Source: an uncultured archaeon
GTDB taxonomy: Archaea; Altiarchaeota; Altiarchaeia; IMC4; SCGC-AAA252-I15
Assembly (NCBI GenBank): GCA_902384455.1
Contig: CABMCB010000013.1
Location: 1-15,474 of the forward strand
DNA: 15,474 bases
Direction of reading: 5' to 3'
The notes beneath the pieces were generated by a model. The model was not told the DNA's origin. It searched no databases and saw only the letters and a list, made by a program, of their open reading frames with translations. Numbering within the stretch: the stretch's first letter is position 1; the number at the start of each line of letters is the position of its first letter. Shown piece after piece: positions 1 to 7,225 of this stretch. The position numbers and the translations under genes are program-made.

Positions 1-1249
1 AATGTGCTTCGGCGGGGGGGGTTTGGGGGGGGAGTTTTTGTACGGCGGGTTGTTTTTCAGGTGCTGTCGGGGCAGGTGCCGCAGGTGCTTTTTCTGGGGG
101 TGTTTGCGGGGTTTGCTGTGGTATGGGCGTAATTGGTTCTGGCGGTTCTGTTGGTGGCTGCGGGGTTGCGGCTTTTTTCCTTCGTCTTATTTCGATTTCG
201 ACGTAAACTCCTATGGTCAGCCCTATCGCGGCTAGGATTAGTATCAGCAGCAGAATAGGCAGCGTCATGCCGCCTCTTGGTTGGGGCGGGGTCGTTGCCG
301 GAGGCCCTGAGATTGTTTGTAGTAGTTCTGTTATCGATAGGTTTTGTATGTCTGAGTTATTCGCTATTAGGTCTATTAGTTGGAGGGACTCTGCTGTTTC
401 GTTTGTGGGTGGGGTTGGGGGTTGTGTTGTTGTGGTTTGCGGTTGTTGACTGAGTGTTGTAGTAGTGGTGGTTGTGGTTGTCGTCGTGGTTTTTGCCGGT
501 TTGGGGAGCGGGCTCGGAGTTTGCCGTATTTCCTGGGCTTCTGAGGTGAGGTTTCCTATAATCGAGTTTATCTCTGTTTGGTCCACTACGAAGGTGTGGG
601 AGGTGGTTTTGGGTATGGTCCGGTTTCCAGTCTTCATCTCCCATATTTTGAATGAGCATTGAGATCTGGCGGATACGTTTGTTGAGCCTGCGCTTATCTG
701 GGCATCTACGTTTTCAGTGAGGTTGGGAATGCAGTAGTCTAGGTATTGAACCTGGAGAAGCGAATCATACTGGTCGGCCAAGTACGCGGCTGCGGTGCAG
801 AATAGGCGTATTCTGACGCAGTCGTCGGAAGCCGCTCTAGAGGCGGAAAGCCACTTGCCGGCTTCTGCCGCTGCTAGGTTGCTTCCGTTAACGCAGACCC
901 ATGAGCGGTCTGGGTTGCGGGTGGTCAATGGGCATTGAGCGTAGTTGTGCAGGTTGGCGTCGTCTTTAAGCACGTTTAGGGGAACGTTTGCGGGATGAAC
1001 GTATCTGCCGTTTGTGGGCGTGTTGCAGGGGGTATAAAATTCTTTGCCGGATAATTCCGACACTACGGTGCAGTAATCGTCGACTACGGCGCCCTTTGGG
1101 TTAAGTATGCACGTATCTAGCGCGGACTGGCCCCACACGGCTTTTACGGTCTGCTCGCAGAAGTATTTTTCTGCCGTCGGGCCCCACGCTGACGCTGAGA
1201 ATGAAAACGCGATTATCAGTAAGGCGACAACGGCGGCCTTAACGCGCAT
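1..1249 (-). CDS. Secreted, single-pass membrane-anchored Cys-rich protein (3'-partial, >416 aa) with a degenerate phospholipase C/S1-P1 nuclease-like N-domain, Thr/Pro stalk, TM helix and Pro-rich tail
   Basis: Manual translation from the ATG at 1249 is open to the window edge, so it is not in the ORF track. It begins MRVKAAVVALLIIAFSFSASA|WGPTAEKYFC and has 10 Cys in aa 31-198, a T12 run, the TM segment LPILLLILILAAIGLTIGVYV followed by EIEIRRRKK, and a P/Q/T-rich tail. A TATA-like TTTTAAAA lies 22-29 nt upstream. Confidence 0.9.
   Translation of the reverse strand, partial: MRVKAAVVALLIIAFSFSASAWGPTAEKYFCEQTVKAVWGQSALDTCILNPKGAVVDDYCTVVSELSGKEFYTPCNTPTNGRYVHPANVPLNVLKDDANLHNYAQCPLTTRNPDRSWVCVNGSNLAAAEAGKWLSASRAASDDCVRIRLFCTAAAYLADQYDSLLQVQYLDYCIPNLTENVDAQISAGSTNVSARSQCSFKIWEMKTGNRTIPKTTSHTFVVDQTEINSIIGNLTSEAQEIRQTPSPLPKPAKTTTTTTTTTTTTLSQQPQTTTTQPPTPPTNETAESLQLIDLIANNSDIQNLSITELLQTISGPPATTPPQPRGGMTLPILLLILILAAIGLTIGVYVEIEIRRRKKAATPQPPTEPPEPITPIPQQTPQTPPEKAPAAPAPTAPEKQPAVQKLPPQTPPAEAH
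455..490 (-). repeat. Poly-Thr (12 codons) low-complexity stalk
   Basis: Twelve consecutive ACN codons in frame within the 1..1249 CDS; codons are mixed, so this is not a perfect microsatellite. Confidence 0.9.
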
Positions 1250-1270
1250 GTTAGGATTATGGATGCGGTG

Positions 1271-1278
1271 TTTTAAAA
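1271..1278 (-). promoter_or_regulatory. Putative TATA box for the 1..1249 gene
   Basis: TTTTAAAA 22-29 nt upstream of the ATG at 1249; spacing fits a leaderless archaeal transcript. Confidence 0.5.
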
Positions 1279-1282
1279 TGCG

Positions 1283-2785
1283 TTATAGTCTGCTTTCTCT
1301 TAGTGCGTCTATGTCTGGTTGGTATAGTTGGCGTATGTCTGTTAGGCCTGTGCGTAGTGTTACTACGCGGTCTAGTCCTAGTCCCCATGCTAGTACGGGT
1401 ATGTCTTCTCCTAGTATGGGTTGGGTTACTTCTGGTCGGAATATTCCTGCTCCGCCTAGTTCTACCCATTCGCCGCGTTCTTCGAGGTAGACTTCTGGTT
1501 CTACGCTCATTTCTGTGTAGGGGAAGTATCCTGGTCGGAAGCGTATTTTTTTGAATCCCATTTTGTCGTAGAATTCTTTTAGTATTCCGAGTAGTCCGCG
1601 GAAGTTGGCGTTTTTGTCTGCGATTATGCCTTCTACTTGGTAGAATTCGGGTAGGTGTTTGTAGTCGATTGCTTCGTTTCTGAATACTTTGCCTATGCTG
1701 AAGACTTTTTGGGGTAGGTCGGCTGGGGTGATGCTTGCTAGGTATCGGCTTGTTACGCATGTTGTGTGGGTGCGCAGTACTGTTTTGAGTGCTTCGTCTT
1801 CTTTCCATTTGTATTGCCAGCCGGTGCTGCCTGTTTTCCATCCGTTTTCGTGGGTTTGTTTGACTGGGTCTTTGAGGCGTTCGAGGTGGGGTATTTGGAT
1901 TCGGTTTGGGTTTTTGAGGTAGAATGTGTCTTGCATGTCTCGGACTGGGTGGTCTTGGGCGGTGAATAAAGCGTCGAAGTTCCAGAAGCTGCTTTCCACG
2001 TAGTCGCCTGAGATTTCCCTAAAGCCCATGCCGGTGAATATTTGGCGGATTTCAGTCATCGCCCGGCGTAGCGGGTGCTTCTTCGCTGGGTGGTTGGGTT
2101 TGACGTACACTGTGACGTCGTAGGGGCGAAATGTTTTGTTTTTCCAGCTGCCGCCCTTAAGGATTTCAGGTGTGAGTTGGCCGATTTTGTCTGATGCTTC
2201 GGTATCTTTTAGTGAAGGGATTATTTTTTCGCCGTCGGGAGTTAGTTTAATTTGAATGGTCTTTACTTTGGTTACCCGCAAGACATTCTTTCGCGAGGCG
2301 AGAAGGTCGAACGCGGCTTTTTCCTTTTCATCAAGCGCCGACAGATGGATAGCTTTTGACTCTTTGATTTTACGAAGGAGTTTTTCGTCGTCGCGTTCTG
2401 AGGCGTCGCCTATGATGAATTCTGTGCCTGCGAGTGCGCCGTGGTTTTTTCTGCGAATCCAGCCGACGGCTATGCTGAAGACTTGCTGGGGAACTGCCTT
2501 CCGGACTTCCTCGGCCGGAATGCGTTGTTTGCCTTTGCAGGCATTAAGTAATTGACGTTCTGGGAGTCCGTTCTCTGCGTAATCTTCTCCCTCAGCATCA
2601 AGAGCAATAACTTCGTCAGGGTACTCCATCACCTCAACGAATTTCTTAGTAGTTAACCACCCGGCCGCCCTGAGGACGGCGTCCTCGGATATCCCTGCTT
2701 TATCAGCTATTTGTTTAGGATACAACGGACCTTTTAGACTCCCAAGAGTCTTGAGTACTTTTATTTCTGCGGGGTGTAGTTCCAT
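1283..2785 (-). CDS. pheS: Phenylalanine--tRNA ligase alpha subunit (archaeal/eukaryal long form)
   Basis: 500 aa. Motifs FWNFDALFTAQDHPVRDMQDTFY, LRTHTT, class II motif 2 FRNEAIDYKHLPEFYQVEG, FRPGYFPYTEMSVE and motif 3 ELGGAGIFRPEV...WGLGLDR. N-terminal wHTH-type extension (GLPERQL). Confidence 0.98.
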   Translation of the reverse strand: MELHPAEIKVLKTLGSLKGPLYPKQIADKAGISEDAVLRAAGWLTTKKFVEVMEYPDEVIALDAEGEDYAENGLPERQLLNACKGKQRIPAEEVRKAVPQQVFSIAVGWIRRKNHGALAGTEFIIGDASERDDEKLLRKIKESKAIHLSALDEKEKAAFDLLASRKNVLRVTKVKTIQIKLTPDGEKIIPSLKDTEASDKIGQLTPEILKGGSWKNKTFRPYDVTVYVKPNHPAKKHPLRRAMTEIRQIFTGMGFREISGDYVESSFWNFDALFTAQDHPVRDMQDTFYLKNPNRIQIPHLERLKDPVKQTHENGWKTGSTGWQYKWKEDEALKTVLRTHTTCVTSRYLASITPADLPQKVFSIGKVFRNEAIDYKHLPEFYQVEGIIADKNANFRGLLGILKEFYDKMGFKKIRFRPGYFPYTEMSVEPEVYLEERGEWVELGGAGIFRPEVTQPILGEDIPVLAWGLGLDRVVTLRTGLTDIRQLYQPDIDALRESRL

Positions 2786-2813
2786 TTGTTTTGTTGAGTA
2801 GTGGGAGGAAAGG

Positions 2814-2820
2814 TAAATAA
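2814..2820 (-). promoter_or_regulatory. Putative TATA box for pheS
   Basis: TTATTTA on the minus strand 29-35 nt upstream of the ATG at 2785. Confidence 0.4.
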
Positions 2821-2823
2821 GCA

Positions 2824-2851
2824 GCTGGCTGCTGGGGCAGCGGCTTTTTTT
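2824..2851 (+). terminator. Hairpin + T7 terminator-like element, antisense to both flanking genes
   Basis: GCTGC-TGGG-GCAGC stem, extendable by GCT/GGC with one bulge, immediately followed by TTTTTTT at 2845-2851. Confidence 0.3.
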
Positions 2852-2860
2852 GTGTTGCGT

Positions 2861-4318
2861 TTATGCGTAGTCGAATCCTGCGGTGTTTTGTTTTTTCTTT
2901 GTTTTGAATTCGAATTTATGTTTCTTGTGTTTGGGCACGTCTATTGAGTCTATTTTACAAAGCAGGAAGGGTACGTCTACGAGTGCGCCGGCGATTATGC
3001 ATTCGGCTACGTCTAGGCTGTCGAGGTCGCGTATTATTGTGTCGTTGATGCATTCGAAGCTTTTTCTTATGTGTTCTTTGTCGTTGGGGTTGGTGATGTG
3101 CATGTATATGCCGGTGTTGCATTGGGAAAGTATTTCTTCGTCGATTTTGCTTGGCTTCTGGCTGACGACGACGAGGCCTATCCCGAATTTTCTTCCTTCG
3201 CTTGCTAGCCGGGATAGTTGGTGTTTGCAGCTGGCGTTTAGGTTGTTTGCTGCGTAGTTGTGGGCTTCTTCTATGAGTAGCATTAGGGGGTTTTCTATTC
3301 GGTCTCCTTCCATTTCGTGGACTGCGTTCATGCGGCCTTTAAGGAGTTCTTTGGCGAGGTAGCTTACTACTGCTTGGCGTACTGCGGTTTGTGATAGGCT
3401 TACGTCGATTATTGTTACTTGGCCTGGTTCTATTAGGGTGGTTATGTCTGTTCCGTGCGTGCTGAATACGTCCTTGAAGTTTCGGCTGAGGCTTTTGAGT
3501 TTTCTTTGTAGTGCGCCTACTGTTCCTTCGTGGTATGTTCCTATTCCTGCTGTTCCGCCTTTGGTTGTTGCGACTGGTAGTCTGCTGCATGCTTCTGCTA
3601 GGTCGTCGATTAGGTAGTGTTCTTTGTTTTTGCGGACGTCTTCTATGACTGCTTCGAGGGCGTTCTGCTGCGGGTCGGTGAGCGAAGGTATGAAGTGGTG
3701 GAAGTCTGATGGCTCAAGGTCTGAGACTGGAATCTTGAATTGTTTCATTCCGCTTCTTGCGTGTTTGACTGTGAGGACTTCGACTTGAAACTTGTTTTCC
3801 TTGGATAGAGGCTCGATAAGCGAGGGGTATTCGCCGTGGGTGTCTACTATTAGGACTGGCAGTTTGAGGCGGGCGTACTCCTTAATCAGGTTTGCGGCGG
3901 TGTAGCTTTTTCCGCTGCCGGTGCTTGCAAGAATTGCTATGTGCCTGTCGAACTCAGAAGCCTTAAGCAGCGCCCTTGCTTTTGTTCCGTATATTACGCC
4001 GATTGCTATCCGGTCTTCTCCCGAAAGAAGAGTCTCAAGCTCCTGTTTGCCCGCAAAATAAACGTGAAGGTAAGGCTCTAGAGGCCGCTTGATTTTCCGT
4101 ATGCGGCCGTCTATTAGGCGGCCGAATATTTGCAGGTCTGCTTGTAGTAGGTGTCGGCTTCCTATTGTTGCGTCTTCTTTGTAGCGCATGGCTGTGACTA
4201 TGCCGTATGCGTCTACCGCGCGTAGTATGCTTCCTACTTCGACTTGGTCGCTTGTGACTTGGATTATTAGGTTTGCGCCGTCGCTTTCTATTATCATGCC
4301 GGCGGGTTGCGTTTCCAT
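2861..4318 (-). CDS. herA: HerA/FtsK-family (DUF87) P-loop ATPase / DNA translocase
   Basis: 485 aa. N-terminal HAS-barrel-like region, RHIAILASTGSGKS (Walker A), LIVDTHGEY, LLIEEAHNY (Walker B), EGRKFGIGLVVVSQKPSKID (Arg finger/sensor) and ILSQCNT. Orthology to the NurA-partner HerA versus a paralog is not established. Confidence 0.9.
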   Translation of the reverse strand: METQPAGMIIESDGANLIIQVTSDQVEVGSILRAVDAYGIVTAMRYKEDATIGSRHLLQADLQIFGRLIDGRIRKIKRPLEPYLHVYFAGKQELETLLSGEDRIAIGVIYGTKARALLKASEFDRHIAILASTGSGKSYTAANLIKEYARLKLPVLIVDTHGEYPSLIEPLSKENKFQVEVLTVKHARSGMKQFKIPVSDLEPSDFHHFIPSLTDPQQNALEAVIEDVRKNKEHYLIDDLAEACSRLPVATTKGGTAGIGTYHEGTVGALQRKLKSLSRNFKDVFSTHGTDITTLIEPGQVTIIDVSLSQTAVRQAVVSYLAKELLKGRMNAVHEMEGDRIENPLMLLIEEAHNYAANNLNASCKHQLSRLASEGRKFGIGLVVVSQKPSKIDEEILSQCNTGIYMHITNPNDKEHIRKSFECINDTIIRDLDSLDVAECIIAGALVDVPFLLCKIDSIDVPKHKKHKFEFKTKKKQNTAGFDYA

Positions 4319-4321
4319 GTT

Positions 4322-4353
4322 CGGTAAATTCTACGGTAAATTCCGTTATATAG
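4322..4353 (-). promoter_or_regulatory. herA promoter: TATA box plus tandem 10-bp operator-like repeat
   Basis: Minus-strand CTATATAA at 4353-4346. CGGTAAATTC occurs at 4322-4331 and 4334-4343, between the TATA box and the ATG. Confidence 0.55.
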
Positions 4354-4419
4354 GGTGCTTTAGGTTTGGGGGGTATGATGCGAGTTGAGGAGTTTGCGTG
4401 TTTTCTGTTGGGAGGGGAG

Positions 4420-5373
4420 TTAAGTCTGTTTTCGCATGCGGCTGTATATTCGCCGGGTTATTTCGCCTCTCATGTTTGCCATTTCGTCGGGGTTGAGCGT
4501 CTCCATCATATCCCGCAGTTCGCTCCCTTTCTTTCCTGCTGCGGGCTCTACGCCCATGTCGCGGGCTTTGCGCACCATCTTCAAGTCGCTAAGGCGTCCC
4601 TGCCGCTGTTCTTCGATTTCTTCTACAAGCTCGATGTCTCTTGCTATTTCAGATGTCCGAGTAGTCCCTCCCCCTCTTTCGCGGGAGGTGAGGCCGAGTC
4701 CGGGGACTTCAAGTCTCCTTTTTTTCCCTATTGTTTTGAGGCCTTGCGGGTCGATTGACTCATGCGTTACAACGGGAATCAGATGCTCTAATGCGATTTC
4801 CCAGCTGTAGCGGCCGTGTTGCAGGTATTCCGCCCATTTTTTATTGCCTGAGAGGAGGGGTTCTAGCGCATGCATCCGTATGGCTCTGAAGCCAGAGTGC
4901 ATGGGCTGGCATACTCTGGATTCGATTAGTTCTGGGTCGCCTTGCGTGTATGGCGCGCGTATCATCCATATGTCGTTGTTGTCGTGGATTTTGGATAGAA
5001 AACCGCCTATTTGGTCTACTGTGAGGTTTGCCATGTCGGCGTCGGTCGTGAACATTATGGTTGCTGCTTCTGTTTTGCAGTATTTTACTGCGGTCGTGTA
5101 TGCCGCAGTCTTACCTTTGTTTTCGGCGTGAGTTATGATTGCGCCGTGTTGTAGGATGGTTTGGGTGCTTCCGTCTTCCAGATTTTTTTCTGAGACAGGT
5201 TTCCCCAGAACCTCCTGAACTCTGTCTTTAGTGAGGTCTGTGCTGCCGTCGTCAACCACAAGTATTCCGTCGATTAAGCCGGCGTCTCTTGCGGACAATA
5301 GAGCCTCAAGGACGGGCTTTATGTAGTTTTGTTCGTTGTAGGCCGGCACCACGGCTATGATTCTTTCTGGCAT
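4420..5373 (-). CDS. GT-A fold glycosyltransferase (GT2 / GpgS-like) with charged C-terminal extension
   Basis: 317 aa. IAVVPAYNE, ILVVDDGSTD, NKGK, DxD motif TDADM, SGFRAIR and YSWEIAL; no TM helix. Confidence 0.85.
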   Translation of the reverse strand: MPERIIAVVPAYNEQNYIKPVLEALLSARDAGLIDGILVVDDGSTDLTKDRVQEVLGKPVSEKNLEDGSTQTILQHGAIITHAENKGKTAAYTTAVKYCKTEAATIMFTTDADMANLTVDQIGGFLSKIHDNNDIWMIRAPYTQGDPELIESRVCQPMHSGFRAIRMHALEPLLSGNKKWAEYLQHGRYSWEIALEHLIPVVTHESIDPQGLKTIGKKRRLEVPGLGLTSRERGGGTTRTSEIARDIELVEEIEEQRQGRLSDLKMVRKARDMGVEPAAGKKGSELRDMMETLNPDEMANMRGEITRRIYSRMRKQT

Positions 5374-5397
5374 GCATTAGGCTATGGAATGCGGAGG

Positions 5398-5408
5398 TAT
5401 TAATTTTC
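5398..5408 (-). promoter_or_regulatory. Putative BRE/TATA for the GT2 gene
   Basis: GAAAATTAATA on the minus strand, with the TATA part 25-31 nt upstream of the ATG at 5373. Confidence 0.45.
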
Positions 5409-5464
5409 AGCACCTTCGGTTAGCCCACACCAGATTGTTAATCTCGTTGATTGACTGGAAGGCG

Positions 5465-5479
5465 ATATTTAGTGTCTTT
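5465..5479 (+). repeat. 15-bp direct repeat, left copy (ATATTTAGTGTCTTT)
   Basis: Exact match to 7226-7240; the two copies flank the 5510..7174 gene. Confidence 0.9.
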
Positions 5480-5509
5480 ACCTAGCACGGTTGGTGTTAG
5501 AAAAGTCAG

Positions 5510-7174
5510 TTAGATTACTTGGGTTTTCATTGTTTCGTAGTCCGGAGGCGTATATAGTACCGTACGGGCGTGTTCGATTAGTTCTATGTCTTCGTATTTG
5601 AGGCCGCCTTTATACAGTTTGTAAAAGTCGACGTCTCTGTTTATCATTGTTTTTCTTAGTGTGTCCCAGTCTTCTGGGGTGAGGGAGTCTAGTGTTTTCT
5701 TTTGCATTTCCGCCAGTTTCTCGCGGTTTCCGAAGAACATTCCTGTGAAAAGGAAGTTTCTGTTGTCCCCTGAAAGCGTATCTGGTGGCAGGTTGAGTCG
5801 TATGCAGGGGTGTATTTCCCTTGCTTCCGCGAGTTCCACGAATTCTTTCTTTACCTGCAGGTTTTCAGCGATTATGGCGCAGTCTAAGTCGCTTTGCGGG
5901 GTCATGTAGCCTTTTTCGGTGCTTCCAACTATTACTACCCCAACGTATCCACTGCCGAATTCCTCAGTTAATCTTGCGGATATATCGGCAAGCGCCTGAA
6001 GTCTGCCTTCGGTTTCACGCAGGAAAGGCGAAGCCAACGCAGGCTCCCCCAAACCTATTAGAAGGTCTAACATAGGTTTTTTATCTGCTTTTTTCTCTGC
6101 TAAAGCTGTTTTTGCGACAGAGCTGACGTCCGGGACTGGATCCTCAGTTAGTTTTTCCAGCTCATGCAGCGCCTGTCCGCCTACCGCACCCAAACTCCGC
6201 GCTACAGCGCAACGAATACCTAAGTCGTGGTCTTGAGCTAATTGGACCAACGTAGGGATGGCTCTTTCCCCTATTCTACCCAACGACTCTATTGCAGTGC
6301 AGTGTACACCACCATATGGGTCTTGGGCTAGTTTGGCTAGCGTCGGAATGGCTTCTTCTCCAACATTACCTAATGCTGTTGCAACAGCCACACGGACATT
6401 ATCTTCTGGATCTTCAGCAAGTTTGGATAGCGGAGGCAGAGCTTCCTTGCCTAAGTTACCTAATGCTGTTGCAGCAGCCCGACGGACATGGCCTTCCGAG
6501 TCTTCGGCTAGTTTTACTAACGTAGGGACGGCTGTTCCCCCTACATTGCCTAATGCTGCCGCAGTAGCCACGCGGACGTAGCCTTCAGGGTCTTCTGCAA
6601 GCGTGGATAGCGTAGGTAAAGCTTCATTGCCGACCTTTCCCAGAGCTTTTATTGCAGGTTCACGGAATAACCAATTCGGCGCCAATGCCAGTAGAATCAA
6701 TGTAGGAAGAGCTTTCTCACCTACAGCACCCAACGCCGTTATTGCGTCTTGGCGGACATATTGTGTGTCTTTGAGTAGTGTTTGCAGAATAGGAAGCGCC
6801 TTTTCTCCTAAATTGCCCAATGCTGTTGCAGCAGCCCGACGGATATCCCGGTCTGAATCTTTGGCTAGTGTTTCGATTTTATCTGCCAACCGTTGTTTGT
6901 TTTCGTCTGGGATGTTCTTCTCCCCGCCGACTGCATACAGCGCCCCCATGCGGTTCACTAAGTCTCTGTTACCCAACTGTTGTATTATGAAGTCTGAGTT
7001 GAATTGTTCCTCGCCCAAAAGCATCCTAACTAGCCTAATTCTGTCTTGCATGAAAGCAGGCCTTGCTTTTGCCTCCAACAGAGGGGGAACTAGTTCGTCA
7101 ACAACAGAAATTCCTTTCAATGGCGTCCTATCGCCGGCCATGACTTCATCAAAACCCTTAGAAAGCACACTCAA
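5510..7174 (-). CDS. HEAT-repeat protein fused to a C-terminal Pol-beta-superfamily nucleotidyltransferase domain
   Basis: About 8-9 tandem 30-aa HEAT/PBS-lyase-like repeats (DxxxxVRxAAAxALGxxGxxAxPxLxxLAE), then VVIVGSTEKGYMTPQSDLDCAII, matching the hGSx10DhD motif, at 5882-5926. The start is uncertain: TTG at 7174 or ATG at 7141. Confidence 0.85.
   Translation of the reverse strand: MSVLSKGFDEVMAGDRTPLKGISVVDELVPPLLEAKARPAFMQDRIRLVRMLLGEEQFNSDFIIQQLGNRDLVNRMGALYAVGGEKNIPDENKQRLADKIETLAKDSDRDIRRAAATALGNLGEKALPILQTLLKDTQYVRQDAITALGAVGEKALPTLILLALAPNWLFREPAIKALGKVGNEALPTLSTLAEDPEGYVRVATAAALGNVGGTAVPTLVKLAEDSEGHVRRAAATALGNLGKEALPPLSKLAEDPEDNVRVAVATALGNVGEEAIPTLAKLAQDPYGGVHCTAIESLGRIGERAIPTLVQLAQDHDLGIRCAVARSLGAVGGQALHELEKLTEDPVPDVSSVAKTALAEKKADKKPMLDLLIGLGEPALASPFLRETEGRLQALADISARLTEEFGSGYVGVVIVGSTEKGYMTPQSDLDCAIIAENLQVKKEFVELAEAREIHPCIRLNLPPDTLSGDNRNFLFTGMFFGNREKLAEMQKKTLDSLTPEDWDTLRKTMINRDVDFYKLYKGGLKYEDIELIEHARTVLYTPPDYETMKTQVI
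6098..6859 (-). repeat. Intragenic tandem ~90-bp repeats encoding HEAT units
   Basis: TAATGCTG recurs at 6371, 6461 and 6551 (90-nt period). The 25-nt string AATGCTGTTGCAGCAGCCCGACGGA is identical at 6462-6486 and 6819-6843. Confidence 0.9.
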
Positions 7175-7225
7175 CTCTACACATCAGCCGAATAAATACA
7201 GACTCTTCGAGTGTATGTAAGCGCA

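Noticed and set aside
11-35. Long G runs (possible G-quadruplex or phase-variable tract)
   Set aside because: Explained by CCC/CCG Pro codons (LPPKPPPP) in the minus-strand gene; the frame is intact.
2-1969. Many 60-200 aa alternative-frame ORFs (e.g. 2..235, 357..659, 1257..1841, 1303..1554), and similar ones at 12742..13350 and 13720..14277
   Set aside because: They are shadows of real genes. The strong G/T versus A/C skew depletes stop codons and yields low-complexity V/G/C/L or T/R/H/N translations with no motifs.
2861-2890. HerA C-terminus QNTAGFDYA as a PIP box or HbYX motif
   Set aside because: It does not fit Qxx[LIM]xx[FY][FY], and the residue before Tyr is Asp rather than hydrophobic.
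5374-5509. ncRNA or tRNA in the largest intergenic gap
   Set aside because: Only short hairpins (AGATT-GTT-AATCT; CTAGCAC/GTGTTAG) are present, with no cloverleaf or other recognisable RNA family.
5510-5930. NTase as a CBASS cyclase or MNT-HEPN antitoxin
   Set aside because: No adjacent Cap effector or HEPN (Rx4-6H) gene, and no CD-NTase-specific features recognisable by eye; only superfamily membership is supported.
6098-6859. Periodic repeats as a CRISPR array
   Set aside because: The repeats are degenerate, in frame with a 90-nt period and encode HEAT units; there is no repeat-spacer structure and no cas gene.
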